48,233 nucleotides of DNA, taken from assembly GCF_001194135.2 (NCBI RefSeq), contig NC_068987.1, positions 38,314,919 to 38,363,151 of the forward strand, written 5' to 3'. The translations under genes were made by a program, and so were the position numbers. Shown one piece after another: positions 37,603 through 48,233 of the stretch; position 1 is the first letter of the stretch, and each line of letters begins with the position of its first letter. The DNA is from Octopus bimaculoides (lineage: Eukaryota). The notes beneath the pieces are model-generated. The model saw only the letters and a list, made by a program, of their open reading frames with translations. It was not told the DNA's origin and made no database searches.

Positions 37603-39799
37603 TAGTATAACATTCTGATTTTGTTGAAATGCAAAGTAATCTTTATCAACATTTCTATTGGGGAATGAGTTATTATGAATATTATGTTTTAAATGTTTCC
37701 AGACAATGATTCTCCTTTCATATGTAAATACTGGATTTTTCCATCTCTGTGCCTGTTAAAAATTATGATTATAATACAGAATAAAAAATGTGAAGATTTT
37801 TATGTTGTCTGATATAGTATTGTAGATTGAATAATCATTCTGAGGGGTAATTAATTTTCTATATAGATATATGGCATATGGTATATAAGAAAAGTTATGA
37901 CTTATGCAAACCCAAGGTCACACAATTTTGATTCTTATTTCAAGCCATTTCACTTTTTTCATGTAACTAATGGCTATTAAAAATATGTAAACATCCCAAA
38001 TTTCCCATGGCCTCTCCTCTAAAATGTAAGACCATTATACCCAGTCTAAATAACACAATATATATGAGTGTCTTTTTTTTTTCTAATTTTTATACATTTA
38101 CATTTGACATTAGTATTGCACATTCATTTTGAAATATATAGCTGCTATTCTAGAAAAACATTTTGGATGAAGGAAAATGTTTTATTGTGGTAAAATAACC
38201 AATGTTTGATGATGCAGTACAATTACAAATCATGGAAAATGTTATAGAATTTCTAACTTCAATCCAATCTTATTGATAACCATCTTCACAATACAACTGA
38301 TTCATAGATACTTGTTTTATTTGAATTAATGTTTGTCAGTGTCTGTCAATACTGATATGTGCATATCAAGAATAAATGCATATTGAGATGTCTGTTAGTA
38401 ACATTTATTTTGAACATCCCAAGATCAAATGTTTTCTTTTCCCATTAATTCATCTTCTATATATTGATTGCCTGTGCCTCATTACTATACATTCTCTATT
38501 AGAACCACCTTAGAATCTTGTCTTAATATGTTATCAACAATGATATTAGTTTCACACATCAATTCCTGTGACATATTTAGTTTTAGGTCTATTTTATTAT
38601 CATTTTTTAATGACATAGTGAGAGGAGCAATGATAGCATCCATATCTCATTCCAAAAGCTGGAAATTGATAAGAAGAAGGGAGGAATGTATCCTCGAACC
38701 AAAGACTTGGCTTGAATGTTTTCAATTGGATAGGCTCTACTAAAGTACTCAAGAACATGATAGTGGTGATGGTGTTAAAACAGTCAATGGATTAAGTTTA
38801 CTAAGAAGGGAAAGAAGGACTGTATGCTACATGTTACAGAGAGGATAAGTGAAAGGAGAAAGAAAGAGAGAGCACATATGCTACAGAGAGGAGAGGAGAA
38901 AGAAGAGACAGCATGTTAAATAATAAATTACATGAACTAGCTACACATTCTGTATTTCCAGCTTACTTCCTACAAACAATGATAATTTCTACCTCTTGTA
39001 CTTTAGACTTGCCTATGTCTGTTACATTAGCTGCAAATTTTATATTTTCACCTTCATATATCAATCTTACCTGTCATTCTAGCACACTAACTTTGCTTTT
39101 AATGATGCTATTATGTTAGTAATTGAAAATAAAATCTCCTTGCATTATAACTTCTCATTCACCTTATGGGAGCTACCCTTATTTCAAAAGCCTCTACATT
39201 TTACAACTGTCTCAGAAGAGCCTACATATTTTCCCTTTGAGATGCACAAAAAGTTATATGATGCCTCAGATTTAAAATACAGATATTACTGTGAAAATAA
39301 TTGTTCTTGAACCAGAAATATATACTGCTTACCAAGAATTTCTTTAGGAGATTATCATAAGTGAAATTAAATCAACTTTTCTGATTGTCATGCAATGTAC
39401 AGATAGCTTCTTTAGTTTTACATTCAATGTTTGAAAGACAAGATATGGCTGTCACATCATTCTGGGTACCTGAAAGCTGAGTTAAGTGCACTTTTCAATA
39501 GTATTTTAAGATATGAAATCTTTAATATGTAATATATTATACTGGTTAGAAAATATTTAATATTAGTTATGTTTAATATTAATTATAGAGTAATGTATAT
39601 AGTTTTTGTTATAATTTGTAAATTGGAACTTTAGCACGTACCCTTTTTTTTTAATGACTATGATCATGAGGAAGAGACTGTAGCCATGATCTATATAAAT
39701 CCTCCAAGTCTGGTCAGAATACTGCAGTTAATCTGCAGCTTAAACAGCTGCAAGTATACATCAATACAAAAGAAAAAACATGAATGTTGACATTTTGGG

Positions 39800-41050
39800 G
39801 AGAAAAGGTTGGGTGTTGGATTAGTTCAGAGCTTGAAAGCTGAAGAAAATAAAGAATGAGTAACAAAAGGAGAGACAGGTATGTGGGTGTGGTTGAATGG
39901 ACATAGTATGTAACAAGCTAGCTGTGTGGTGTAGATGTCAATTGTAGTAATGATAGAAGAGACAGTGCATTAGTGGCTTAGAGGGAGGTGTGTGAATGTC
40001 AGTGAGTCCATATCAATCACTTGGGTGGCTTTTCTTCAGACATAATCTAAGATGTTTTTGTGTAGCAGTTGCTCCAGCACAAATGCAGGAATAATGTTCC
40101 ATTGTGTGAGGCTTCATCCTTGGCTTTATAGACGATCAATAGATGTTCAATGAAGAAGTAATTACTAGCTCTGAATAAGAAATTTGTCTTCAAGACACAG
40201 GATGTGTTAAGTTATAAATGTGAGTTATGGAGAGGTTTAGTATCTGTAGCAATTTTGTTGTAAGTGGGGGTTTAATTCTGTGTTGTTTAAGACTAAAGGA
40301 GATGATGTACTATACTGATTCCTTCATTCTGTTGACCATGTCTTCATGTTGTTATTGAAGGAGACAAGTTGCTATGTCTCCTTAGAATAAAGTCTTCAGG
40401 CCTCTGCCCATGAAACCAGTGCAGGTTTGATATCTAAGTTACATGTACCTGGTGTCTATGTGTGGAAGATCAAGAAATGTGGTACCATCTTCATTAAGAG
40501 TGAATATTGTTAGAGGTGACAGTAAATAGATCATTAATGTACTGACAGACGAAAATTTGTAATATAACTGAACCTTGGGACACACCACAGCCTACATTGT
40601 GATGGTGTGATCTGACTGATGAAGCCCATAAGCAGGTAGTTTATCCTGGAGATGTCAAATGCAGCAACATTATTTTCACCAAATTTCTCAAGAATGAGAA
40701 ACCACTGGTGAGTGACATAAAAGAGCAAGTTCCCAGAAGATTTGGTTTTATGGAATCTCTCTTGGGGTGACTAAGGATAGAAAGGAAGAAGGTAACTGCT
40801 AACAATAGTTACCTTAATTTTAGAGATTTTTGAAAGTTAGTTGGTGAGAATCAGTATGCTTTTCCTTTGAAGGGATAGAACACACTTGCATGTTCCCAAA
40901 GATCAGGACACATTGAAATCTTTAGTACTAAAAGGGGTTTGCTCTGGAGGGCCACTATTTGAAAGAAATGAAAGGAACATTGTGAAGTCCAATTGAATCC
41001 TGTTGTCTGGAAGTGACCAGAAATGACATGGTGATGAGATTGAAGAAAAG
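39800..41050 (-). mobile_element. CR1/L2-like (Jockey-group) LINE RT fossil
   Basis: Minus strand reads LWEHASV..IP.KG, LLFYVTHQW..LEKFGE..VAAFDIS, GVSQGSV....INDL..TSNNIHS and FRASNYF..LL.VYK, with many stops and frameshifts. Confidence 0.7.
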
Positions 41051-41802
41051 AGAACTTGATGGAGTATATGTAATGTTCAACTTAATCTTTTAATTACTTG
41101 TTCACTAACTCTTACCATGACTGTAACTGCTCCATAACTCTTCATTCAAGCAAAAATATTCTGGGGTTTTTTTCTTCAGTTCTGTTCCAAACTAACTCTT
41201 ATTTAACAATGAAGGCATGTTTAAATAAAATTGCATCTTTGTCATTTCAAATACAATTTTTCCAATAAACTCTTGATTTTTTTCCCCAGACACACTGTAT
41301 AATGGTAACTCAGTAAGCCTCATAATTCTTAGCTATTACTCATAAAACCTCAGAAAACTTTCTACTTTCCATTTCTCTCCTGTTGAACCAAACTAAGTAT
41401 TTGTCTTTTTATGTAATCTTTATAATTCTTGTCAGATCATTTAATTCCATAAAAAGAAAGTTCTTTTCTCTTTATTCTATTATGTCAGTATTCTCTAGTT
41501 CCAGTATGCTGTTTTGCCTAAGTTGACATTATTCCATAATTTGTTGTAAGATATTTTCCAAAATATTCCTCCTTTCTTTGAAGAAAATCCATAGCAACAA
41601 GGAATCCATATAGTTATTGCTAGGTTAACATATGTTACTACCTCTCACTTGCAATGTCTTCTAAATATTCTGTCAGAAAAAAATGTTTTTAATCCATCAG
41701 ACTTAACTGGAAATAAAAGTGGGAAATAAAGTAATATTTTTATTACTAGGAATTTATATCACCACTATTATGGCTGTTTCTACCACCACCACCATTGCCA
41801 CA

Positions 41803-41804
<2 letters not shown>

Positions 41805-41865
<61 letters not shown>

Positions 41866-42880
41866 GGCCAGCAATTTTGGGAGTAGATGTGGGGAAAGTC
41901 AATAACATTAACCCCAGAATTCAGTTGGCATTTTATTGACTCCAAAAGGATTAACAGCAAAGTCAACCTCTGCAGAATTTGAACTCACAACGCGAAGAAG
42001 AGCGAAATGTCACTAAGCATTTTGTCCAGCATGCTAACAATTCTACCAGCTGACTACCTTAATAATAATATAATAATAATAATAATGATCTCAAATTTTA
42101 CCACAAAGCCAACGATTTCAGGAGAGGGGTTATGTTCAACTGGTACTTATTTTATCGACCCTGAAAAGCAAAGTCAACCTCAACGGAATTTGAACTTAGA
42201 TGTAAAGACAAACAAAATGTTGCTAAGCATTCCATCTGTTGTGCTAATGATTCTGCCAGCTTGCCACCTTAATAATAATAATAATAATAATAACAATAAC
42301 AATGGTTTCTGATTTAGGTCCAAAGCCATCAATATGGGTTGGGGATTAGTTGATACCCAAAGGATAAAAGATAAAGCTGAACTCAGAACATGAAAAGCCA
42401 GAAATACAGCAAGATCTTTTTTTTTTCTGATTCTTTAATGATTCTGCCACTTCACTGCTATTTTAAGGTTTTCTGAGTTAAGTAGGAGGCCAGAAAATCA
42501 GAGGGGAGTGGTTTAGTTGATAACATCAACACTAGTACTTGACTGGCACTTCCTGACAAGAAGAAAAGCCAAGTTGACCTTGGCTGGATTTAAACTCTGT
42601 ATAAAGAGTTGTAATTTAGAACCACAAGGTATTTTCTCCAGTGCCCTTGTGATTCTGCTGCTTCACCACAAATAATAATAATCCTTTCTATGATAGGCAC
42701 AAGGCCTGAAATTTGGGGGAGGAGGCTAGTCGATTACATCTGGTACTTAATTCATTGACCCCAAAAGGATGAAAGGCAAAATCAACTATGGCGGAATTTG
42801 AGCTCAGAAAGTAAGGATGGACAAAATGCCACTAAGCACTTTGCCTAGCCTGCTAACGATTCTGCCAGCTCACCACCTTA

Positions 42881-42943
<63 letters not shown>

Positions 42944-43420
42944 TCTATCTAATTCACGAACATGATTAGCAGTTTTCAGTGGAAAGGATTTGTTGATACC
43001 ATTAACCTCAATACTTGATAGTGCTTTATTTTATTGATCTTGGAGGGATAAAAAGCAAATCTGACTTCAGTAGGATTTGAACTCAGAATGTAAAGATCTG
43101 GAATAAATGCCATGTTCCATTTTTTTTTTTTTCTTTCCAATATTGTATCAATCTTTTCAAGCTCACTGCTCTTAACTAATAATAATAAAAATAATAATAA
43201 TCTTTTCTGATATAGGCACAAGGCCTGAAATTTTAGGGGAGGGAGAAAGTCAGTTACTTCAATCCCATTGCTCAACTGATACTTATTTTATTGACACTGA
43301 AAGGAGAAAGGCAAAGTCAACCTCAACAGAATTTGAACTCAGAACGTGAAGATAGATGAAATGCTGCTTAGCATTTTGCCCAGCATGCTAACAATTACAA
43401 ATTTTGGCACAAGGCCACTA
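41805..43420 (-). repeat. Head-to-tail array of ~7-8 SINE family B copies separated by (AAT)n tracts
   Basis: Units at ~41864, 42088, 42305, 42470, 42682, 42960 and 43190, plus a stub at ~43395, all in the same orientation. Long (AAT)n tracts at 41805-41863 and ~42880-42942. Confidence 0.9.
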
Positions 43421-43426
43421 TATATA

Positions 43427-44707
43427 CAGGGGTTGGACAAAATAATGGAAACACCTTAAAATTTCAAGCAAATTTTTTTTAATATGGAGTAGGATCCCCT
43501 TTGGCAGCAATTATAGCTTGAATTCTATGAGGTATGGACTCATATAAAGTTTGAATTGTTTCCAAATGAATTTTTGTCCATTCTTCAGCTAAAACAGTCT
43601 CCAGTTCTCATAGTAATGATAGTGGAGGATATCAACTCCTTACTTGTTTTTTCTAAAATGCACCATAAATGTTCAATAATATTGAGATCTGGGGACTGTG
43701 ATGGCCAGATAAGATGTTCAACTTCACTAGAATGTTCCTCATTTCATTCAGTAACAACTTTAGCTGTGGGAATTGGTGCATTATCATCCTGAAAGCTTGT
43801 GTTTCCCTCCAGAAACAGTTCCACGACCATAGGATGAATTTGATAGAGATAAAATGCTTAAATAGTCTTGACTATTAATTCTGCAATGAAGGGAAACCAT
43901 TGGGCCAGTAGATTTCCAAGATATAGCCCCCACCCACCCAGATCATCACAGATCCTTTTCCATGTTTAACAGTTGGAAGAATGCAGTCTGGGTCAAATGC
44001 TTCTTTTGGCTGTCTCCACCCATATACTTGGCCGATGGTCGGAAATAATGTAAAGGTTGTCTCGTCTGAGAAAATAACATTCTTCCACTGCTCTAGGGAC
44101 CAATTCTGTAGGTTTTTATTCCACTCAAAACACTTTGCAATGTTTGTTTATAAAAGTAGTGGTTTTCTAATAGCAGCTCTCCCATGAAATTCAGCTTTGT
44201 GCAGCTCTCAAAGGACAGTTTTTGTGGAAACTGGGTTCTCAAGGTGGTCATTCAGCTCTGCAGTAATTTTGGGAGCTGTACTTTTGTGAACCTTTCTAAC
44301 AATTCGTGTAAGAGTCCGACGGTCCGTCTCTGAAAGTTTTGGTTTTCTTCTGGAGTTTTGTTTCAGTGAGGAGGGTTTTCCCTCTTTCTCAAAGGCTGTC
44401 ATTACTTTCGAGACAGTACTTCTTGATACACTAAACATTTCAGCTGTTTTCATTATGCTAGCACCTGTCATACAAGCACCAACAATTTGACCTCTTTGAA
44501 AGTCTGATAGATCTGTCATTTTAATGAATTTTAATTACCTTTTTCTGATAATATCTGAAAAGAAACAGCAATTTTAGCAAAACATATTAAGCAACACTAA
44601 TAATAAATCAAAAACATAAAAATAAATTAACTTTTGACAGTTTTATAGATATTTCAAAATTATGATGCTATGCTGCTAGATGTTTCCATTATTTTGTCCA
44701 ACCCCTG
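43427..44707 (-). mobile_element. Tc1-family transposon with DD36E spacing (Incomer-like); transposase pseudogene at 43479-44519
   Basis: Perfect 27-bp TIRs CAGGGGTTGGACAAAATAATGGAAACA and TA TSDs (43425-26, 44708-09). HTH MTDLSDFQRGQIVGA, FSDE at ~44064, FQDDNAP...SPDLNIIE with 36 codons between D and E. Premature stops present. Confidence 0.95.
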
Positions 44708-44779
44708 TATGTATATATATATATATAAACATATTGTTAACAAAAGTCAGGATGCATGGTGTTCAGTTACTCAATAAAA

Positions 44780-45045
44780 GAAAAATGCATTAAATACTAC
44801 AAAACGTACACATAGGACAGACACAGAAGGACCCTAATTCTTCATCAGTTATTGACCAAACAGTCGTGTTTGCTTGAGCCCTAATTCTCTGCAAATTTTG
44901 TGGTGCTGCCAATATACAAAGTTCTCAGTCTTATCATTAAAGGCATGAAACTGAGTTTTAGTATTTTGGTTGATAACTGATGAAGAATTAGGGTCCTTCT
45001 GTGTCTGTCCTATGTGTACGTTTTGTAGTATTTAATGCATTTTTC
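44780..45045. repeat. 81-bp inverted repeat arms around a 104-bp spacer
   Basis: 44780-44860 versus 44965-45045: 79/81 complementary; the only mismatch is a TG/TG pair of positions. Confidence 0.95.
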
Positions 45046-45189
45046 AGAGAGATAATTTTTGCATATACAGTTATGTATATACATCGCTTTTTCTTCTTTC
45101 TTCCACTTGCTTTTGCTGTTGAACTATAGTCATGCAAAGAGACTGCCTTGAAGAGTTTAGTCAAACAAATCAACACTTGCCTAGATCCT

Positions 45190-45505
45190 ATGCAGCATCT
45201 TGGGCAAGTGTCTCCTGCTTATAACCTTCGGTTGCCCAGTGCCTTGTGAGTGAATATGGCAGATGGAAGATGCATGAAAGTCTATTGTATATATGTGTGT
45301 GTGGTGGGGGATCTTTGTGTTTATAGCCACCCTATTACTTGACAAATGGTATTGGTTTGTTTACATCCCTGTAACTTAATGTTTCAACAAAAGAGGCAAT
45401 AGAATAAGTGCTAGATTAAAAGATATATAAGTCCTAGAGTTGATTTGTTCAGCTAAACCCTTTAAGGTGGTGCCCCAGCATGGTTGAAACAGATGAAAGA
45501 ATATA
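45190..45505 (+). mobile_element. SINE family A, diverged
   Basis: gcatcttgggcaagtgtc..ccttgtgagtg..gtttacatccctgtaactta..ggtggtgccccagcatgg..gaaaga. Confidence 0.75.
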
Positions 45506-45979
45506 TACAAGTCAGAAAAAGGCATACTCAATATTTATAATGGAGTGGGTAAATTTTCATATATTATTGAGCAGTATATTACTTGCTGTGACATATAGCT
45601 AGTCAGAATGTTAGCATCAGTTTTGCACCGGCTATTACATCAATTTTGTCTAGGTGCTATAGTTTGTATGAAACCAACAGTAATATTGTGACCAGTTACA
45701 TATCATAACTAATATATTACTTGATGATATATATATATATATATATATAACTTTGGCCAATTCCCAACAGGGAGGTCAGTTGCAAGGCCACTCTTGTGCT
45801 TCAAAGACAATCTAAAGCAATGCAACATTTCCTTTTCTTCCTGGGAAAACAAAGCATCAGAACACAGGATCTGACACCAGTCCTGCTTCTTCTCAGTTCA
45901 AAGATCTGAGCAAAGTTGGCTCCAACATTGAGACCAACTTTGTGCAAGCACATGACAAACTGGCAAAATGCTACTCCTC

Positions 45980-46170
45980 TAAATGGAAATCTTGCCTGTC
46001 ATTGTGGTTTTGTGGCACAAAGCAAAGCAGGCCTTGCTGTCCACTGAAGAAAATACATAGTAAATGTTCCACAAGCATTCAAGAAATTGAGTCCTCAACT
46101 TGTTCCATTTGCCCAAAGGTTTACATGGCACCAGCAGGTCTGAATTGACACATTCAAGTTCATAGAACAT
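45980..46170 (+). pseudogene. Two degenerate C2H2-like zinc-finger remnants, probably the C-terminal end of an RTE-type LINE
   Basis: CHCGFVAQSKAGLAVH*R and CSICPKVYMAPAGLN*HIQVH in different frames, each with a stop codon. Confidence 0.4.
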
Positions 46171-46222
46171 GAATACTGCTTCATTTTACTGAACCCTCAT
46201 TTGTCATTCATGAGTGAATCCA

Positions 46223-46223
<1 letters not shown>

Positions 46224-46266
<43 letters not shown>

Positions 46267-46272
46267 ACACAC
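46224..46272. repeat. (CA)n microsatellite
   Basis: Read directly. Confidence 0.95.
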
Positions 46273-47196
46273 ATGTACACAGAGATATACATACATACTG
46301 AGCTTTATCATTGGAAGATGTTCATCTGATAACAAAAACTGACAAGACATCAAAGAATGGTAAAATAGCAATATTTATGCTACTTGGAAAGTTTTCTCAT
46401 CAAATCCAGGTTTTATGGCTTCATATATAAAATTTATTAACAACCTATTTGCTTTGACTAGGAAGCAAATTTCACTAGGACATATGCATACTATATTATG
46501 TTTTAAAAATTAATAATGCATCAAATTGAAGAGATTGCTACTAAATGAAGGTATTTATGCACTAATAGGTGTTTATTTGAAAGATATTGATCCTCAGCTG
46601 AGTCATCAGTTATCAATATTTTAAAGAAGACAAGTTTACTATTTGATTGATATCATTATTTTTCTGGGAGTTAACTATTTTTTTGATGTAGTAAATCATG
46701 AACTTCATTTGGTAATCTAGTTATGCATGGAGTGAGGCATCTAACAGTACTTTCATTGATCATGAAAAGAAATTCAATTTTCATGGATAGATGTTTCCAT
46801 CAATCAAACATATTTGTTGTAATATCTGTTTTCTACATTATTTCATATTTGGATGCTTTTATTTTTCTGAGAATGATTCTGTTAATATCAATTCACAAAT
46901 AATGATGAACAGTAGAAACTGTAGAATACTAGACTCTACACATTGTTGTATGAAGTTACATCAGTATCTTCTGAATTCAAAATTTCATTGATATTGAATT
47001 TGCTTTTTCTCTAATAAAATAAAGGTCGGCTGTTCTGCTTGAAATGTGGAGTAGTTGAACAGGCGACAACTGATGAAGGATCGTTCTTTATGATACTTGT
47101 CTTGTTTTCCATTTGTTTCTTTTGTTGTTCACATACAAAAGTTCGTATGTTTTCGTATTTCATGTTGTTTACATTTTGTGACATCCTGTACCCATA

Positions 47197-47243
<47 letters not shown>

Positions 47244-47305
47244 TATATTATTATTTGATTGAACACCATGCATCCATTTCCAAGTAAATTTATCTTATAT
47301 ATATA

Positions 47306-47420
47306 NNNNNNNNNNNNNNNNNNNNNNNNNNNNNNNNNNNNNNNNNNNNNNNNNNNNNNNNNNNNNNNNNNNNNNNNNNNNNNNNNNNNNNNNNNNNNNN
47401 NNNNNNNNNNNNNNNNNNNN
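47306..47420. other. Assembly gap (115 N) within a (TA)n tract
   Basis: Run of N flanked by TA repeats. Confidence 1.
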
Positions 47421-47920
47421 NATATATATATATATATATATATCTCTGTGTGAGTTAGAGGTTGAGAAACCAACTAAGGGATAGTACCTATCCAGTATAG
47501 TGCTGGTTGTGTACTCAATTATTCATAATCAACTGCTAGTTATTGCATGGCAATCTTGCAATTGAGTATTGTATATGGGCAGGGGTAAAAATGTAATTTA
47601 CCCATGATTTATATGGCAAGTAAGAAAACAGAGAGGATATAAAATTGACAGACACCAGCCGATAAATATTCAATTATGTCTATTTATTCAGTTGTATTGG
47701 ATGAATACACACACATGTATGAGTGATACAGATTAAAGAGTGGAAAAAACTGGTAACTGCATAGACAAGGGTGTGAATACATACAAGTATATAAAAACAA
47801 ATGAGCAAAAATATAAATGGGTGCACAGGTACTAGTTCCTTACGGCAATTTCTGCCAAGAGGCAAGAAAATCTCCTTGGTTTTATGGTCTATATATACAT
47901 CTGTGTGTATGTGTGTATAT

Positions 47921-48197
47921 ATCATCATCATCATCATCATCGCTTAACGTCCGCTTTCCATGCTAGCATGGGTTGGACGATTTGACTGAGGACTGGCGAA
48001 CCAGATGGATACACCAGGCTCCAATCTGAAGTGGCAGAGTTTCTATAGCTGGATGCCCGTCTTAATGCCAACCACTCCGAGAGTGTAGTGGGTGCTTTTA
48101 CGTGCCACCGGCACGAAGGCTAGTCAGGCGGTACTGGCAACGGCCACGCTCAAATGGTGTTTTTTACATGCCACCTGCACAGGAGCCAGTCCAGCTG
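47921..48197 (-). mobile_element. RTE 3' UTR fragment flanked by (TA)n
   Basis: (ATC)n-cgcttaacgtccgctttccatgctagcatgggttggacg... family 3' end. Confidence 0.9.
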
Positions 48198-48199
48198 CA

Positions 48200-48233
<34 letters not shown>

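Noticed and set aside
47065-47100. CTGATGAAG with gacaa/ttgtc flanks
   Set aside because: Lacks the GAAA half of the core.

Overview
AT-rich, repeat-saturated eukaryotic DNA with no intact protein-coding gene that I can support. The SINE families, (GAT)n-tailed RTE LINEs and dense microsatellites look like a cephalopod (octopus-type) genome; this is an inference from recalled repeat families. Almost all of the supplied ORFs are fragments of decayed transposons: RTE LINEs, three R4/Dong-type restriction-like-endonuclease LINE copies, a CR1/L2-like RT fragment, Penelope-like element (PLE) fragments, a mariner, a DD36E Tc1, a hAT/Tip100-type transposase and two tRNA-derived SINE families. The most interesting signal is non-coding. 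A 358-bp repeat unit at 10649-11077 carries a type I hammerhead ribozyme with a compensated U3-A8 core variant and an internal antisense patch that matches the variant, which fits a retrozyme (circRNA-producing) monomer. Three further decayed hammerhead motifs sit in PLE-associated sequence. Element boundaries are read by eye and are approximate unless TIRs or TSDs are cited.
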